From positions 60,140,001 through 60,204,000 of the forward strand of contig CM060734.1 of assembly GCA_030704615.1 (NCBI GenBank): a stretch of DNA of 64,000 nt, given 5' to 3'. Position 1 is the first letter of the stretch. Each line of letters begins with the position of its first letter. The position numbers and the translations under genes are program-made. Under the pieces are notes generated by a model that saw only the letters and a list, made by a program, of their open reading frames with translations, was not told the origin of the DNA and did not search any database. Below, piece after piece: positions 23,886-36,902 of this stretch. This DNA is from Takakia lepidozioides. Lineage: Eukaryota > Plantae > Bryophyta.

Positions 23886-24440
23886 GGGTGCACTAGTAAA
23901 TATGCAAATGCTGATCGTGATCCACACCTGAAGGTGAGAGTGTTCATTAACTGCGTCGGTCGATAGCAAACAGCTCCAGTTACCATACCCGTCGGACGTA
24001 TACTGCAGAGGAAGGTACAATGAAGGTACTTAGACCCAAAGATCCAATTGCAGCCTAGAGAGAAGAAAAAAATTATCGTGTTGGGAAAGGGAGGGAGAGA
24101 GGAATTCGGACGTTCAGGAGAGCTTAGGCATAGAGCGGGATAGTGGCGTCTGAGCTGGACAAGCCAATTGGTAAAGAAGCGGAGAGGAGAGAGAGAGGGA
24201 TCGGTTGCAGATTCTCGAGGGAAGCTGCTTGTATGACGCAGGGAGAAAATCTGGACCGGCAAGAGGATTTGATCTTTCGGGGTGCCTGAGCTGTCGGATC
24301 TAATGGGGGGTGAAACTGGAAATCAGTGGTGCACATAGACACTCAAAGGAATTGCTAGCGAGGTAAGAGGGAGAAGAGTTGGGGAAGCAGGGAGACTTCC
24401 AAGGTCATACCTTTGCAGACAGAAAAGCGAGTGCTCCACT

Positions 24441-27400
24441 ATGAGCTGGGGAAAGGTTCATAGAATGCGGAGGAATTTCCCAATGCAGGCATCCTACGTA
24501 CTGCTATTTACACTGCTGACATCAATACTTGCAATGAAAGCGGAAGTTTATATGGTGGTTGTGGAAGGAGATGCAGTGGTACATTACAATGGGGGAATTC
24601 CAGGCCTGGTTGCCACTTCTCATCTCTTCACACAAGAAGGGAGGTCTCACCATCACAAGTATGAATTTCGCTTTCCAGCGTAGATTTCGTGGGTTTCGAT
24701 GTAGCCATGTCTGTGTCCTGTGGGTATGTCCTTTCTAAATGAATCTTGTGACGCTGGCTCCAAATGAGAATAGGTTCATATGTACAGTCTATAAACGTCT
24801 TACCTCCTCCCTCTCGTTGTGCTGAAGACCGTGAGGCATATGACACCTAAACCTTGCAAAGCTGGAATGCTGTAGTGTTCGCATATTTGATTGAACCTCC
24901 GTACAATTGCTATGTGGTCCGAAGCTCGGAGAGAAGAGAAAATACCGAAGCAAAGAAGAACAAAAATTGTGCTGAAAGCCCCTAAGCCCTCCAGATTTAA
25001 GAACGGTTCTCTGTCTCCCTCAGGATGAATACCAGCATTGTCATGTGGGATATCTTGGGACCATGCAGATCGCCTCGGGCTCTTGTTGGTCTCTTGGAGT
25101 CTCTGTTGTAAGGCTGAGTTGTACCAGTATCGCATGGTGGTTTCAAATGTACGAGGGGAAGAGTAGTGTAGTATGAAGAAACGTGCTTCGTCTGTCTTCT
25201 CTTTTAAATTACATGTGATGTTGTACTTCGCAATGCACTATCTTTGCCTGAAGTGAGTATGGCTTTGGTTGCAGACCGCACAATCGGAAAGCAGTGGATG
25301 CATACAAAGTGCATTTGACGGAACAACACGACATCCTGCTGCAAAATTCCTTCCCTACTGAACCCTACATGAAACTTTACAGCTACAACCATGTGCTCAA
25401 CGGCTTTGCTGTGCACATGACACCTGAACAGGTACTTCTCCATCTTGTAGTGTCTATGCGTCCTCCTTGGCTTAGCTGACCTCTTCTCTCGTTGTAACAC
25501 GAATTTCGGGTAACTGCGTTTAGGGAGTATTTATTGGTGTGCCAGTGCTGAAAATGGGAAGGATGGATCTGGACTTTTGATACCCTGCCGGATACTCTGT
25601 TGTAAGAAAATCTGAGGTCTTAAAAAGGCTTGCATAAGAGCATGCAACTAAGAGTGACATAGCTCTCTTTCTCCATTGCTTTTTGCATACCTGTCCCTCC
25701 TCCATTTGCCTCTTTTAGAGAATCACCCGCAACAACTGAGACCCCATGTTTTGTGTGTAAAGGCAGACATGCTAGCAAAGTTACCTGGTGTAAAATGGGT
25801 CGAGAAGAACTCCAGAGTTAAAAAGGCTACCACCCACACACCCAGTTTCCTCGGACTACCCAATGGAGTTTGGTCTCGAGAAGGGGGACCTAGTGCTGCA
25901 GGGGAAGATGTAGTTATCGGCATAGTTGATACTGGGATTGATCCCAAGCATCCCAGCTTCTCGGCCACCGGACTGAAGCCTTTTGGTTCCATCCCCCGGT
26001 ACACTGGAAAGTGCGAAGTTGCCAAGGATTTTCCTCTGGGTTCCTGTAATGGAAAGATCATAGGGGCTCAGCACTTTGCAGCAGCTGCCACAGCAGAGGG
26101 GCGTTCAATTCATCCCTTCACTTTGCATCCCCTCTTGATGGAGATGGCCATGGAAGGTTAGCTGGTTTTCTCCATAGACTGATTTTACTAAGCAAGCATG
26201 CAATTTGTCATCAATCATTAGTATATGCTCATGGTTAGATGAATTCAAGGGGCTAGGGTGTGTGAAGTGTAGGTGCTAATGTCGAACTTGGGTGTCACGC
26301 CCACTTAGCCAGCAAGGGTCTTCTTCAATTTTCAACGATGACCATCTTGCAGATGCTTTTGATTTGTGAACTTGAACAGTGTCTTTGAGGAAAAATTATA
26401 TTGCTGTAGGGAATCACCATATGCCAAACTTCAGAATGTTTCAGTAAAGAGAAACAGTGGAGAATCCTCACGAGTGGCTTGCTCAATTGTGGGGTTCTGC
26501 TGTAGAAACTCTTCTGAATATCACTACATGCCTGGTTTGCTTACTCCACACAGTATTGAAGAAGTATGTTTGGTATGCACAGCCACACGGCGTCAACTGC
26601 AGCTGGAAACCATGGAGTGCCAGTTATATTGAATGGCTACTGCTATGGCAATGCTAGTGGCATGGCCCCTCGAGCCCGGTAAGCAGTTTTTGACAAATCC
26701 ACACATCAAACTCTGGTTAGGCTCTTGTTTGATCAACATGCCATCAATTGACGTTTGTGAATTACCTGTGACTTTTACTTTCATCTTTCTTTGAACTGCA
26801 GGTGCAGACCCTTATAAGAAGCTTCACTCTTCTACCCATTCAATGCATTCATTGATAGTAGAGACTTAGAGTGAAAACAAAGCTACTAGAACATTGGGTC
26901 TTGAGGGATGGTCAGGAGGAAGTCAGCCAAGGACCCTGGGGAATTGTTGCCTGGTTTGATTGATTCTAGGTGCCTAAGGCAGTGTCTTCTTCCATTCTTC
27001 TGTGATGATTTTCATACTCACTTTTGTGGAGGTTTCATCAAGTGCCTTCAGTACACCGGAGCCCATCATTAGTCAATTGAACAGCACGTACCGTACTTCA
27101 GAACTAATGTGTTGACAATTGTTTGTGTAATTCCAGAATAGCAGTCTACAAGGCCCTTTACCGGCTTTTTGGGGGCTTCATTGCAGATGTTGTGGCAGCA
27201 ATCGACCAGGTCCCCCCTGAAAACTTTAAAAACTGCATCTTTTCATCCCTCCCTTATAAAGCAAACATTGTAAAGTTTCTTTCTTTATTACCAGCACCTC
27301 TTATGAGCTATGTGCTCAGTAACCAGGACCTGGAGTCACCAGCAGAGTCCATAGCTACCTTACTGATGTTCCTTCTTTTGAATCTTAAGGTTTTGCTCAT

Positions 27401-30327
27401 GGAGAACATAACAAGGTATGAGAGTTTAACAAATATTCTCGGTTGTTGCCTTGCAAACAGGCTGTCGCGGATGGAGTGGACATACTTTCTCTCTCGCTAG
27501 GGCCAAATAGTCCACCCTCAAGCTCAAATTCAACTTTCTTAAATGTCTTTGATGTAGCTCTTCTCTCGGCTGTAAAGTCAGGTGTCTTGGTAGTTCAAGC
27601 TGCAGGGAATGGTGGACCATACCCAAGAACAATACTATCTTTCAGCCCTTGGATTGTGTCAGTGGCTGCAGGAGTCGACGATCGATCGTATCCAAATTAC
27701 ATCCAGCTTGGGAACAACGTGAGCTTGTCTGGGCTGGGTTTGGCACGTAAGTACTTGTATGCAAGTGTGCGTGAGAAAGAGAGGAGGTAGAGCAGGAGAA
27801 ACTGAGACTCTCACATTGCTTGGTGCATGCAATATCTGGCATCTTTTCAGCTAGGACTTGCTGCAGGACTGTGCGTGTCTGTCTGTGGGTAGGGAGAAAG
27901 CAACAAGGAGGGAGTACATAGTTTTCTCACAGATGCTTGTCTGTATGTCACAGCCCCTACACGCGGTCAGAGGCTTCACACATTGATCTTGGCAGATGAT
28001 GCTGTTCAGAGCCAATCAAATCCCCTCTCTAGCCCAAGTGATTGCCAAGAGCCCTCCATCTTCAACAGAGCATTGCTCCAAGGAAAAATTCTCTTGTGTA
28101 CCTATTCCTTCAACTTTGTCTTTGGTGGGGCTACAATGCAGCAAGTTGTGTCCACTGTTCGGAACTTGAGCGCAGCTGGATTTGTCATGGTGGTCCAATC
28201 AGATGTTGCAGGGAGCAAGTTTGATCCTATACCCATGGCAACGCCTGCAATTGTTGTTACCTCTGTCCAGGACTCACAGGTATACATCACTCCTCCCACC
28301 TCTGTTTCCATAGATCTTGAGCGTATGCGTGTCAATACATCTGGAGCAGATAAAAAATTACTCAACTGATGGATTGTCCTGGTTTTCTCGAGAGACAGGC
28401 TTTACTTGATTATTACCACAATTTTACAAGAAGAAATGCAGCTGGGAAGGCTCTGCTCTTTAGGGCTCAAGCGAAGATTGGCAATGGGCAGAAGGCAATG
28501 TTCACTGGAGAACCCCAGCAAGTTGCCCTCTTTTCATCGAGGGGACCAGATATCCGGGACTTCAGTTTTCAGGGTGCTGACGTATTGAAACCTGACATCA
28601 TGGCGCCTGGCTACCTGATCTGGGCTGCATGGAGCCCATTAGGCATTGATGAGCCTGAGTTTCAAGGTGGGTTGTTCTCAACTGATCTTTTAAGGGGCCG
28701 TTCGAAGTTTTCACGTCATTGTGGTATAGAGATATAACACTTGCAGCAGCAAGGTGACAAAAGAAATAACAAAACAACTTTTATAATCCACAATAGCCCA
28801 TGGGACATTTTAGAACAAACCAAGAAGTACTTAAGGATACCGAAAGACAGAGAGAGAATGACTGAGAATAAAAGAAGTCTATTACATCCACGGGAGGCCC
28901 AAAGGGCCAAAGGTTCACATTTAGAACAACCAAAAGAAACAAACAAGAATCCCAAACTGTTACATATTTCAGGAAGAGAGGTGTACTGACTATAATTAGC
29001 ACTGTGGGTGCCTTAGGTTAGGAGAGCATAGAGGCTGATTGTGTGTATGGTTCCCATCAATTCATGGTGCTGGCCATTAGCCCTGGACCTTGGTCTGGCT
29101 GAGCAGCAAATGAGGGTGTAGAGAGATGATTGGGGATGCCAAGGTAGGTGGACCACAAATATGGAGTGGACTTTTGCAGACAGCAATGCAGGGAGTCAAA
29201 AGTGTCCTAACGTGTGGGCACATTGCAGGTAAGAGTTTTGCGATGGTCTCTGGAACTAGCATGGCAACACCCCATGTGGCTGGCATTGCAGCCTTGCTTA
29301 AGGAAGCTCACCCAAGTTGGAGCCCAGCTGCCCTCTCTTCAGCTCTGATCACCACGGGTGACATTGCAGATCATCATGGAGTATCTCTTCAAGCTCAGCA
29401 GGTCTCTGGGGTTGGAGCACCCATACTGGGAGCTGCTACTTCATTTGATTTTGGAGGCGGAGCGGTGAATCCCACAGCTGCCCTTGATCCGGGACTCATC
29501 TTTGATGCAGGTTTGTAGTTTCTTCTCTTCTCTTTCTATGCTTCGATAGAGAACTTTTGGCCCAAAGTTCTGTTCACTTCAGCTTCTAGTTATGTGCTTT
29601 ACAGAATAACCTCATTTTCCCTCTCACGAGCTTGCCCCATTTTACTTTCTCAGCTTACCTGCACGAGGCCTTCACCCTTAGACAATCCCTCGAGCAGTAG
29701 TTTTTCTTGGCTCTGGTTTTGTTTCCTCTCTCATGTTTTATTCCATTTTGTCCCATAAGCTCTTTGAGCTTTCTGCGGATATAAAGTACCATATCATTTC
29801 ATTTCCCTTGCTCCTCCCTTAGTTGCCCCTCAGGCCCCCTTTTATAGAGCAGCACAATCTGTTTGTTGATTTGATGGATTTGAATCGCAATGTGTTGAAC
29901 AGGCCATGATGATTACATAAGGTTCCTGTGCTCTGTACAAGGAGTGACTCCCTTATCGGTGTACAATACAACCGGTGGCACCTGCTCGGGGGCTGTTGGA
30001 GCAAAAGCCACTGATCTTAACTTGGCTTCCATCACCATTACAAATCTCTTCGGCACCCGAGTTGTTCCGAGGACAGTGACAAATGTTGCCAACAACATTG
30101 AAACGTACGTAGCCTCTTGGACAAGTCCAGCCAATGTCTCGTTGACCGTCAATCCTGTATCTTTTACAGTAGGTAGAATGCAATCACAGAGTTTTACAGT
30201 GATTTTGAGGGCTACCAGCACCACAGATGTCACGACATTCGGAGAAATTGTGTTGAAGGGAAGCTCAGGACATAGTGTACGTGTCCCTGTCTCCGTGATG
30301 AGCAAGACAGTGACCTCCGCCAGTTAA
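24441..30327 (+). CDS. Subtilisin-like serine protease, SBT2 subfamily; ~10 exons; one apparent 1-nt frameshift
   Basis: Signal peptide, I9 prodomain ([14 protein letters not shown]), IVDTG (Asp), [15 protein letters not shown] (His), AAGNGG, PA domain, [12 protein letters not shown] (Ser), FnIII tail. Approximate exons 24441-24658, 25275-25431, 25763-26156, 26583-26678, 27138-27209, 27461-27746, 27953-28279, 28399-28666, 29229-29510, 29923-30327, with GT-AG borders. Confidence 0.9.
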
Positions 30328-32421
30328 TCTCTCATCCTAGGGCCCCCTTCTCACGATCTTACTCGTCTTAGCAGTAAAGATAGTCGCCTTGACCCCTTAA
30401 ATCGGAGATGGTTATACTATCTAGGTCACCATAGTCCTAACAGTTTTGGCAGCTAGAAACATGAGGGAGACTGAATCCCGAGGGAAAAAAGTCTGGGTTA
30501 TATGCCTAGTTGTGCAGAGGAAGAGAGTTGTGTAACATAACCCCAAATCCTTTCATCCCTATGCCAGATCTCAGGAAAGGTGTGAAAATTTGGTGGAAAA
30601 CCAACAGTGTAGTTTTTGCTTTGTATATTTCACACAATGCAGCCTTGTATCATTTTTGTTCTCCAATCTGTCTCCACATGTATGTTTTGCGGAGTTTGCT
30701 GCCCAACCTTTGGTTGCATCTGTTTGAGGCCCCGATTCCAGTGTGCACCGAGCTTGAGCACGAGACAGCATTTCCCTCTTGGACAAGGTTGTAATTGTGA
30801 TGTTTATAGTATGAGGTTCGCAGCTCTATCCACATCCTTTACATCAGATCGGATTTCAGGACACGGCCCAAGATGCCTATGCAACAAACATCAAATGTTC
30901 CAACCCAACGACAGTGGCCACAATTCGGTGCTCTATGTACAGCCGCTTTCTCAAATCTTCAACATTCCTTTCGTGAGATGTGAAAAGTGGCCCCCACTCC
31001 TCCAGATGCGTGGGGATGTGATGGGGCCCAGTAGTGTGTGAGGGAAGTTACTGTTGTGATTATCCGCTCGGCTGCATTCACTTGTCAGCTGTACGCAACT
31101 TAGGGAGTCTGTTGATATAATTTAGCATTCTAGCAAGTAGCTACATGGTATAAGCGTCATTGTATATCCTCTAAAGCAAACAACATATTTGTATGAGTCG
31201 TTCGTTCCGAATTGAAGAAGATAACATCACAACTGCAAGCTTCGCAATGGAATGAGAATCCAGGGCACCCGCCACTTTCGGGACATTTGCGCGTCATTGA
31301 AGATGTTGATAATGCAAGTGAAAGAAGAACTGGGATCACGGAATTGACATCAAAGGCTGAAACTGGGAATCTGATTTAAGCCTCTGTAGTCCTGTCTGTG
31401 CATGAAGATGACTGGGGACTGGCAACCTGTTCCTATTGTGCATCCTGTCACACTAGTCGTACCACTAGTCTGCATAAGTCAGCCAGCAACGTTTAACTGC
31501 ATGATTGCCCAAGTAACGACAATAAGATGCTCTGCGACAACTCTGCGAGATGGAGGTTTCGATTTTGTGAAAGCTTGATTGTCTATTGAACAGATTCTTT
31601 TTATTGTGACGTGCCACAGGACGCTGTCCTCCAAAAGCATTGGACATGGAATTGAGAATGAATTTTATGTAACAGCTTGGGCTCTCCAAGCATGTAACTC
31701 GAGTGGACAGCAAGCACAATGGGGCTCAAAAAGAGGGGCCGAATCAAAGAAAAACATCTAGAACTCAGGTCCAATGTGGACTTAATCTGGCTTTTGCATA
31801 CATGTGTGTAACATTTAGCTCCGATCTCAGCCGCGACGAGGGATCCCCGTGCGCAGCAGGTGGATTGACTTCAATTTTCAAAGCCATCTCCATCTAGCTC
31901 CCTCTACGGTACAAACCGGCCATCTCGACTCCCTTCTCCTCGGCCCTTCCGCTAACAGTGTGTAGCAACCTGATGGCGGCCTCATGTGAAGTCTGTGTTT
32001 GTGCACAATCAATGAGGAGTCGTAATTCTTGCATATGTACCAGGCTCTGTCGACCTCTCTTATCCAATTGAATCCTCGTCTCTGCTCCAATCTGTCTAGG
32101 GAAGTCTATGGGGCTCCGGATTTATGGGTAGCGCAATATGGATGCCATGGTCTGCACCGTTCACAGGCTTTTGAAACAGAGAGAACCCAGAGCTCCGAAA
32201 GATCCATCTTTGTGATAGATCCGTCACAATGTGATATTGAATCCTGCCGTGAATGAGTCTATCATGGATTATATGTGCCCTTCGTTGAAACAGATACAAG
32301 AGGATAGAGGGCAACTTATTTCCGAGGAAGGAGGCTAAATTGGATATCATGGTCAAGGGCATTTGCAAAAAGGCACAGAAGAGACAGACGACAAGATCTC
32401 TGGAGGTATGAATATTCACCT

Positions 32422-33063
32422 TCAAGCTATTTCAGTGCCCTTAATGCTTGCCATACTCGAAGTTCTCAGCAAGCTTTCAGTATTCGAGGAGGTAGCAGCG
32501 ACTGCAAAGCCCACACCGTGCCGCGAAGTAGTGCCAAAAGCGCAGATCACAGACACTACCAAACCCACCAGCAATGGAACGGTTTTCACAACCGAGCTAG
32601 GAAGCTGAGGATAGTAGCAGGTTGTAACTGGCGTGGTTAAAAGTGTGAGGGTTGCTAAGGCAACAACAGACAGAGTCGCGTTGATGAAGTCATCCCTATG
32701 AAGCAGGTATCTTTTTCCACCTCCTGTGTATGTCGATTTAGTACAGCCCGTCAGACCTGACAGCTTGAAGTGGGGATTCCATAGACCCTTTCTCGTCACA
32801 AGGCCATAGTAGACAGTGCCGTTCTCTCCCTTGTAACTGTCGGTAAAGGAAGAAAATGCACATAGGATGCCTAGTAGTGTCAGGGTGACGGCCGTTACGA
32901 TCTTCTCTGTGGTTCCGCACGCGCCATTGTTTGTGGCCAACGGAGCCAGAACCTGGAACACAAGGAACGTCCCTGTGGGTAGAATATTGGAGAGCTGCGT
33001 GAGGAGATCCGTCGATATTTTCGATAAGCTGGAGCTCGATGTTGACGAGCTGGCTGTCGCCAT
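32422..33063 (-). CDS. DMP: DUF679 domain membrane protein (DMP family), intronless
   Basis: LSNILPTGTFLVFQVLAP, NNGAC, FSSFTDSY, VYYGLVT..GLW, DFINATLS, CYYP, SRHGVGF. Confidence 0.92.
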   Translation of the reverse strand: MATASSSTSSSSLSKISTDLLTQLSNILPTGTFLVFQVLAPLATNNGACGTTEKIVTAVTLTLLGILCAFSSFTDSYKGENGTVYYGLVTRKGLWNPHFKLSGLTGCTKSTYTGGGKRYLLHRDDFINATLSVVALATLTLLTTPVTTCYYPQLPSSVVKTVPLLVGLVVSVICAFGTTSRHGVGFAVAATSSNTESLLRTSSMASIKGTEIA

Positions 33064-34651
33064 GGTTCTTGTCTAGTGTTTTGCAGACCTTTTTAACAAG
33101 CGAGTGATCAAGGAGGAGGAATGCAGATAGCTGATGAACCTCGTTCCTGTTTGTGCGCGGATGGCTCGTGACAGAAATTTGATTCAGGGTTTAGGCAAGA
33201 AGGTTAGATGGTCTGAGAGCGAGAGAGAGGAAGAGAGAGCTGGGCCCGCTTGTGCTCAGAACATGAGAGAACAAAGCGAGAAAATAGACTTGATATTTAA
33301 AGGAGAGAAAAAGGGTCCAAAAGTCTAGAAGACTTATCAGACAGGCTGAGCGAGATCAGACCCAAGAGACGTAGAGTACTCACCTTGTGCGAAGACTAAC
33401 TGTGATGCGTGATCGTAGTGGTTTCCTCAAAATCGGGTCTCCGACGCATGAGTGCAAGATTGCAGGAATTCTTTTGAGACGCTAGGACTGGTGGGTGGTC
33501 TGCGGACTATCGCGTTCGATCTCTCGACACACAAGCCTTTCTGACCTCACGTGCTGAAACTGGGGTTCACTTTGACGAAGGGGGAGAGAGAAGATTGGCG
33601 GTCTGCGGCGGCTCCTGCGTGAATTCGTGGAACTGAGTAATTCTTTATCTCCTCCTCCTTCATAGGGACTCAGGTCCGACAAGGTGTGGGTCCACTTGCT
33701 ATTACATTCATGAATGAAATTATTGAGCACTGTTACTGCCGAATTCCACTGGGAAATTGGAATGCACAACTGGTGCTTCAACGCATCCAAGGACTTTGTT
33801 GAAAAGTTAACACAAGGATCCTGTTCTGGTCAGACAGGGAACAATATATGACACTATCCATCCTCGGCCTACTCTACTTCCACCCTTGTATAATCAGGGA
33901 ATCCTCAAACTGTATGTGATTAGCTATGAAAATCCTCGATCAAACACTTGAAACTCGCTTTACTCAAGCTTAGTACCACCAACATGATTAACTAAGTGTA
34001 TCAGGCTCAACTCCTCCTGGATCATTGCGAGCAAGTCAAGTTTGGATTCCCTTTCTCTAACCTGATCTTCCAATACAAATTCCATGGTGCTCAACTGGTC
34101 CCACTGAAGCCCTCGTGTGTCACATTAGTGGAGGAGTTGAGCAGTAAGCAAATCTGAACGACAAGAACATCAAAAAAAGAATGCGGAATGAATGCAAAGA
34201 GACGGAGTGATGCCACAGTCGAGGCTGCGCACACACGATAACTCGGAAACAGACGTGTCTACAGTCTTTGCGTTGGATTCTCTCCCTTTGTTGCGCAAAT
34301 ACTTATTATACGCTGCAAAACCTTTATTGGTTTTGTAGATGTGAATATTATTACTCTTAACCTTATTACAATATGTTTTAAAAAAAAGAAAAAAAAAGGA
34401 CACATATTCTGTATCTTTTTTACTGTTATTGATATATGCATTGAATGTTTTTACACTACATGGTAATCCATGTGAGGTGTTTTCCTTTGTAATCTAGTCA
34501 GGGATTGCTGGACAGAACTTCCAAGTGGATTTCTGGAGATTCACAGTAGATTCAGAATATCTTCCTTGGAATTTTTGGCCTAGGTGATATTTTGGGACAG
34601 GCTGGAATCCCAGTTCGGTTACACTTTATGCAACTTAAATTTCAGATGTTT

Positions 34652-34980
34652 AGAGAGAGAGAGAAATGAAATGAAATGAAATGGTGCTTTATAACGTCCG
34701 TGGAAACCTCAAAGACAGAGCCCCCCAACCGGTGTTAGCGTAAAGAAGAGCCTCTTTGCCTTGAGGGTACAGCCCCCTTCGGGATTGGGCCCTAAGTATC
34801 CAATGCTTACAAATATAATGAGAGGTTTTGAGGTTTCAGTTTTGAGTCGGTGGCAACTTGGCAATTTCACGGGCGGAGGCAGAAGTTATCATAGTAGGTA
34901 TTACTTACTCTTTTTCACGTGATAAACGTGGTAGGGGGGTTTCGCTCGTCAACGGAACCTCGCGTGTGAGAAACCTTTGT
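34652..34980 (-). ncRNA. Candidate ncRNA or SINE-like unit driven by an snRNA-type promoter (~300 nt, (ATTTC)4(TC)n tail)
   Basis: Downstream of USE-TATA; no T4 run; long-range pairing GAGC..CCCCCCTACC with GGTTGGGGGGCTC; tandem-repeat tail. Confidence 0.4.
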
Positions 34981-35000
34981 TGCCGTGAAAGGGCCCGGGA

Positions 35001-35045
35001 TTTATACAGGAGTCAACTCTGAAATATGTGCAAACGATATGGGAT
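35001..35045 (-). promoter_or_regulatory. snRNA-type promoter (USE + TATA)
   Basis: ATCCCATATCG TTTGCACATA, 28-nt spacer, TATAAA; 22-nt identity to 6675-6696. Confidence 0.6.
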
Positions 35046-35779
35046 ATTTGTTTTGCACATCCAACACGTGCAACAAATGATACGTGTTGGGCAATCCATA
35101 AGGGTGTGGATAAGGCAGGCCTTGTGAAGAAAGATGAAGTGGAAAGTGCAGTGTGTCAAGTCACATTCCATCCCTCCTCACAATCAACATAGGGTGGAGA
35201 GCCGAATAGTCCCGCAAATAGTAACTTAAGTATTGGAGTTATTTCCTAGGGTGAAAGGTGAAATGCTATATTATAGACTTTTCTGAAAGGGGTTCACCTT
35301 GTTTATGAGCTGCACTAATTAGCACATTGAATTGCTCTTTTAATAAAAAGTTACAACACTCTAAACATATTGAGAGATACATTGACAGTTGCAATCACAC
35401 AAAATTCAATATAAACCACGCAAAATAGCCCTATTTATCGCACAATCAGATTTGGACGTTGCGCAAGAAGCCTTAACGTTACGACTGTTTTTTTTCCAAT
35501 TTTTTTTATTCTGGCAATTGGCAATTGGCTTTTGGAAATTTCCAAATTGACGTGTTACATTGAAAATTGAAGTGGTACATAAAGTTTCTCACTGCACATG
35601 TTAATCATCAAACTACTCTAATGCTCAAAAATCTAGAATGCTCGTGCAAACCGTTCTGTCAACCTATTTTTCTCTTTCTTTGCTCGGAATGTTCTCAATT
35701 TATGTATTCTAAGAGCACGCTACTGTGCTCCGGATGGTCGATGGCCCCGATCGTGCTACATTTGTAGTTCCAAAGTTCC

Positions 35780-36218
35780 CTGTTCAATGAACTCTCTAAA
35801 TTTCGTCCTCTCCACTTCTAATTCAAGTGCTTCTCGCTCACAAGCTTCTCTAACGTGTATTTGTTTTTGCAATTGAGCCGAGTTTGTTCTTTTTTTTCAA
35901 AATTGCCTCACGTCGACATCTCTTCTTGAGTTTCTCTCTTTCTTTCAATTGTTGCACGTTATGGTATTCTTCCAAACGCTGCTTGAATGTCTCGCTCGTT
36001 AAGAGAGCTCCAGAGCTTGGGTCCAAACGTGCTTTACAACGAGGTGTGGCTCCAGAGCTTCTCTTCTGCGTTGCGAATATTTTGGGGTGGATATGCATGC
36101 TCTGCATATGTACTTGCCAGCAATTTGTAATAGTGATTGATTTTTGTTTTTACGACAGCAATAGCTCGACTTCTCTCCAAACCTTCAAGGCCTGCTCGAA
36201 AGAGAACTTATGGATGTC
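35780..36218 (-). pseudogene. Fragment resembling a pogo-type transposase C-terminus
   Basis: ALLTSETFKQRLEE...KEREKLKKR is similar to IMTSDDYVNSLEQK...KEKK of the 81-2290 transposase. Confidence 0.4.
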
Positions 36219-36902
36219 TGTCGTACGCATACATATCGCTACACAACTACATCGTTGTCCAAAACCACACAACACATGTGCACACCACACACTAGTATAC
36301 CACTAGTCCAACCACTAGGCTACAACTAGTCAGTCACTAGGCTGCCACTATGCTGCCCACTATGGCAGTCACTAGTCCACACAATGATAAAGAAGAAGAA
36401 TACAAGCACAAGCTCATGCGAGCTCACAAAGCTGAAGCATAAACTCATGCATACATAACCTCATCACTCAAATACAAGTCAAGCCAAGTGTACCCCACGC
36501 CATGGGGAATCCACACTACGGCGCCATAGCTAGGCGCGGTGAGGCTCAACTCGAGAAAGATGAGCCTCATGCGCTTGCCGTGAAGATAACCACTCCAGGG
36601 CCTAAATCTGCCTTGACCCCTGGATTGACACTTGGGCCAATCCCAAATGTCAATATGTAAAACTAGCTATTTCCTAGCTAGTTTCACACTAGTGGCAAAA
36701 TAACTTGACAGCTGTCGTGCGCATACATATCGCTACACAACTACATCGCTGTCCAAAACCACACAACACATGTGCACACCACACACTAGTATACCACTAG
36801 TCCACCACTAGTCCAGCCACTAGTCCAACCACTAGGCTACAACTAGTCAGTCACTAGGCTGCCACTATGCTGCCCACTATGGCAGTCACTAGTCCACACA
36901 AT
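36219..36902 (-). repeat. 3' terminal repeat with A-B-A structure
   Basis: A copies at 36219-~36385 and 36713-36902; hairpin-rich B between them; purine-rich AGGGGGCG just upstream on the minus strand. Confidence 0.85.

Noticed and set aside
19500-24400. Short ORFs between MinE and the subtilase (also 30.4-32.4 kb and 53.6-54.7 kb)
   Set aside because: No recognisable domains or consistent splice pattern; treated as intergenic or UTR.
34680-34980. Telomerase RNA gene, suggested by the USE+TATA promoter
   Set aside because: No CTAAACCCT-type template in the predicted transcript, and the G-rich/C-rich ends are in the opposite order to land-plant TRs.
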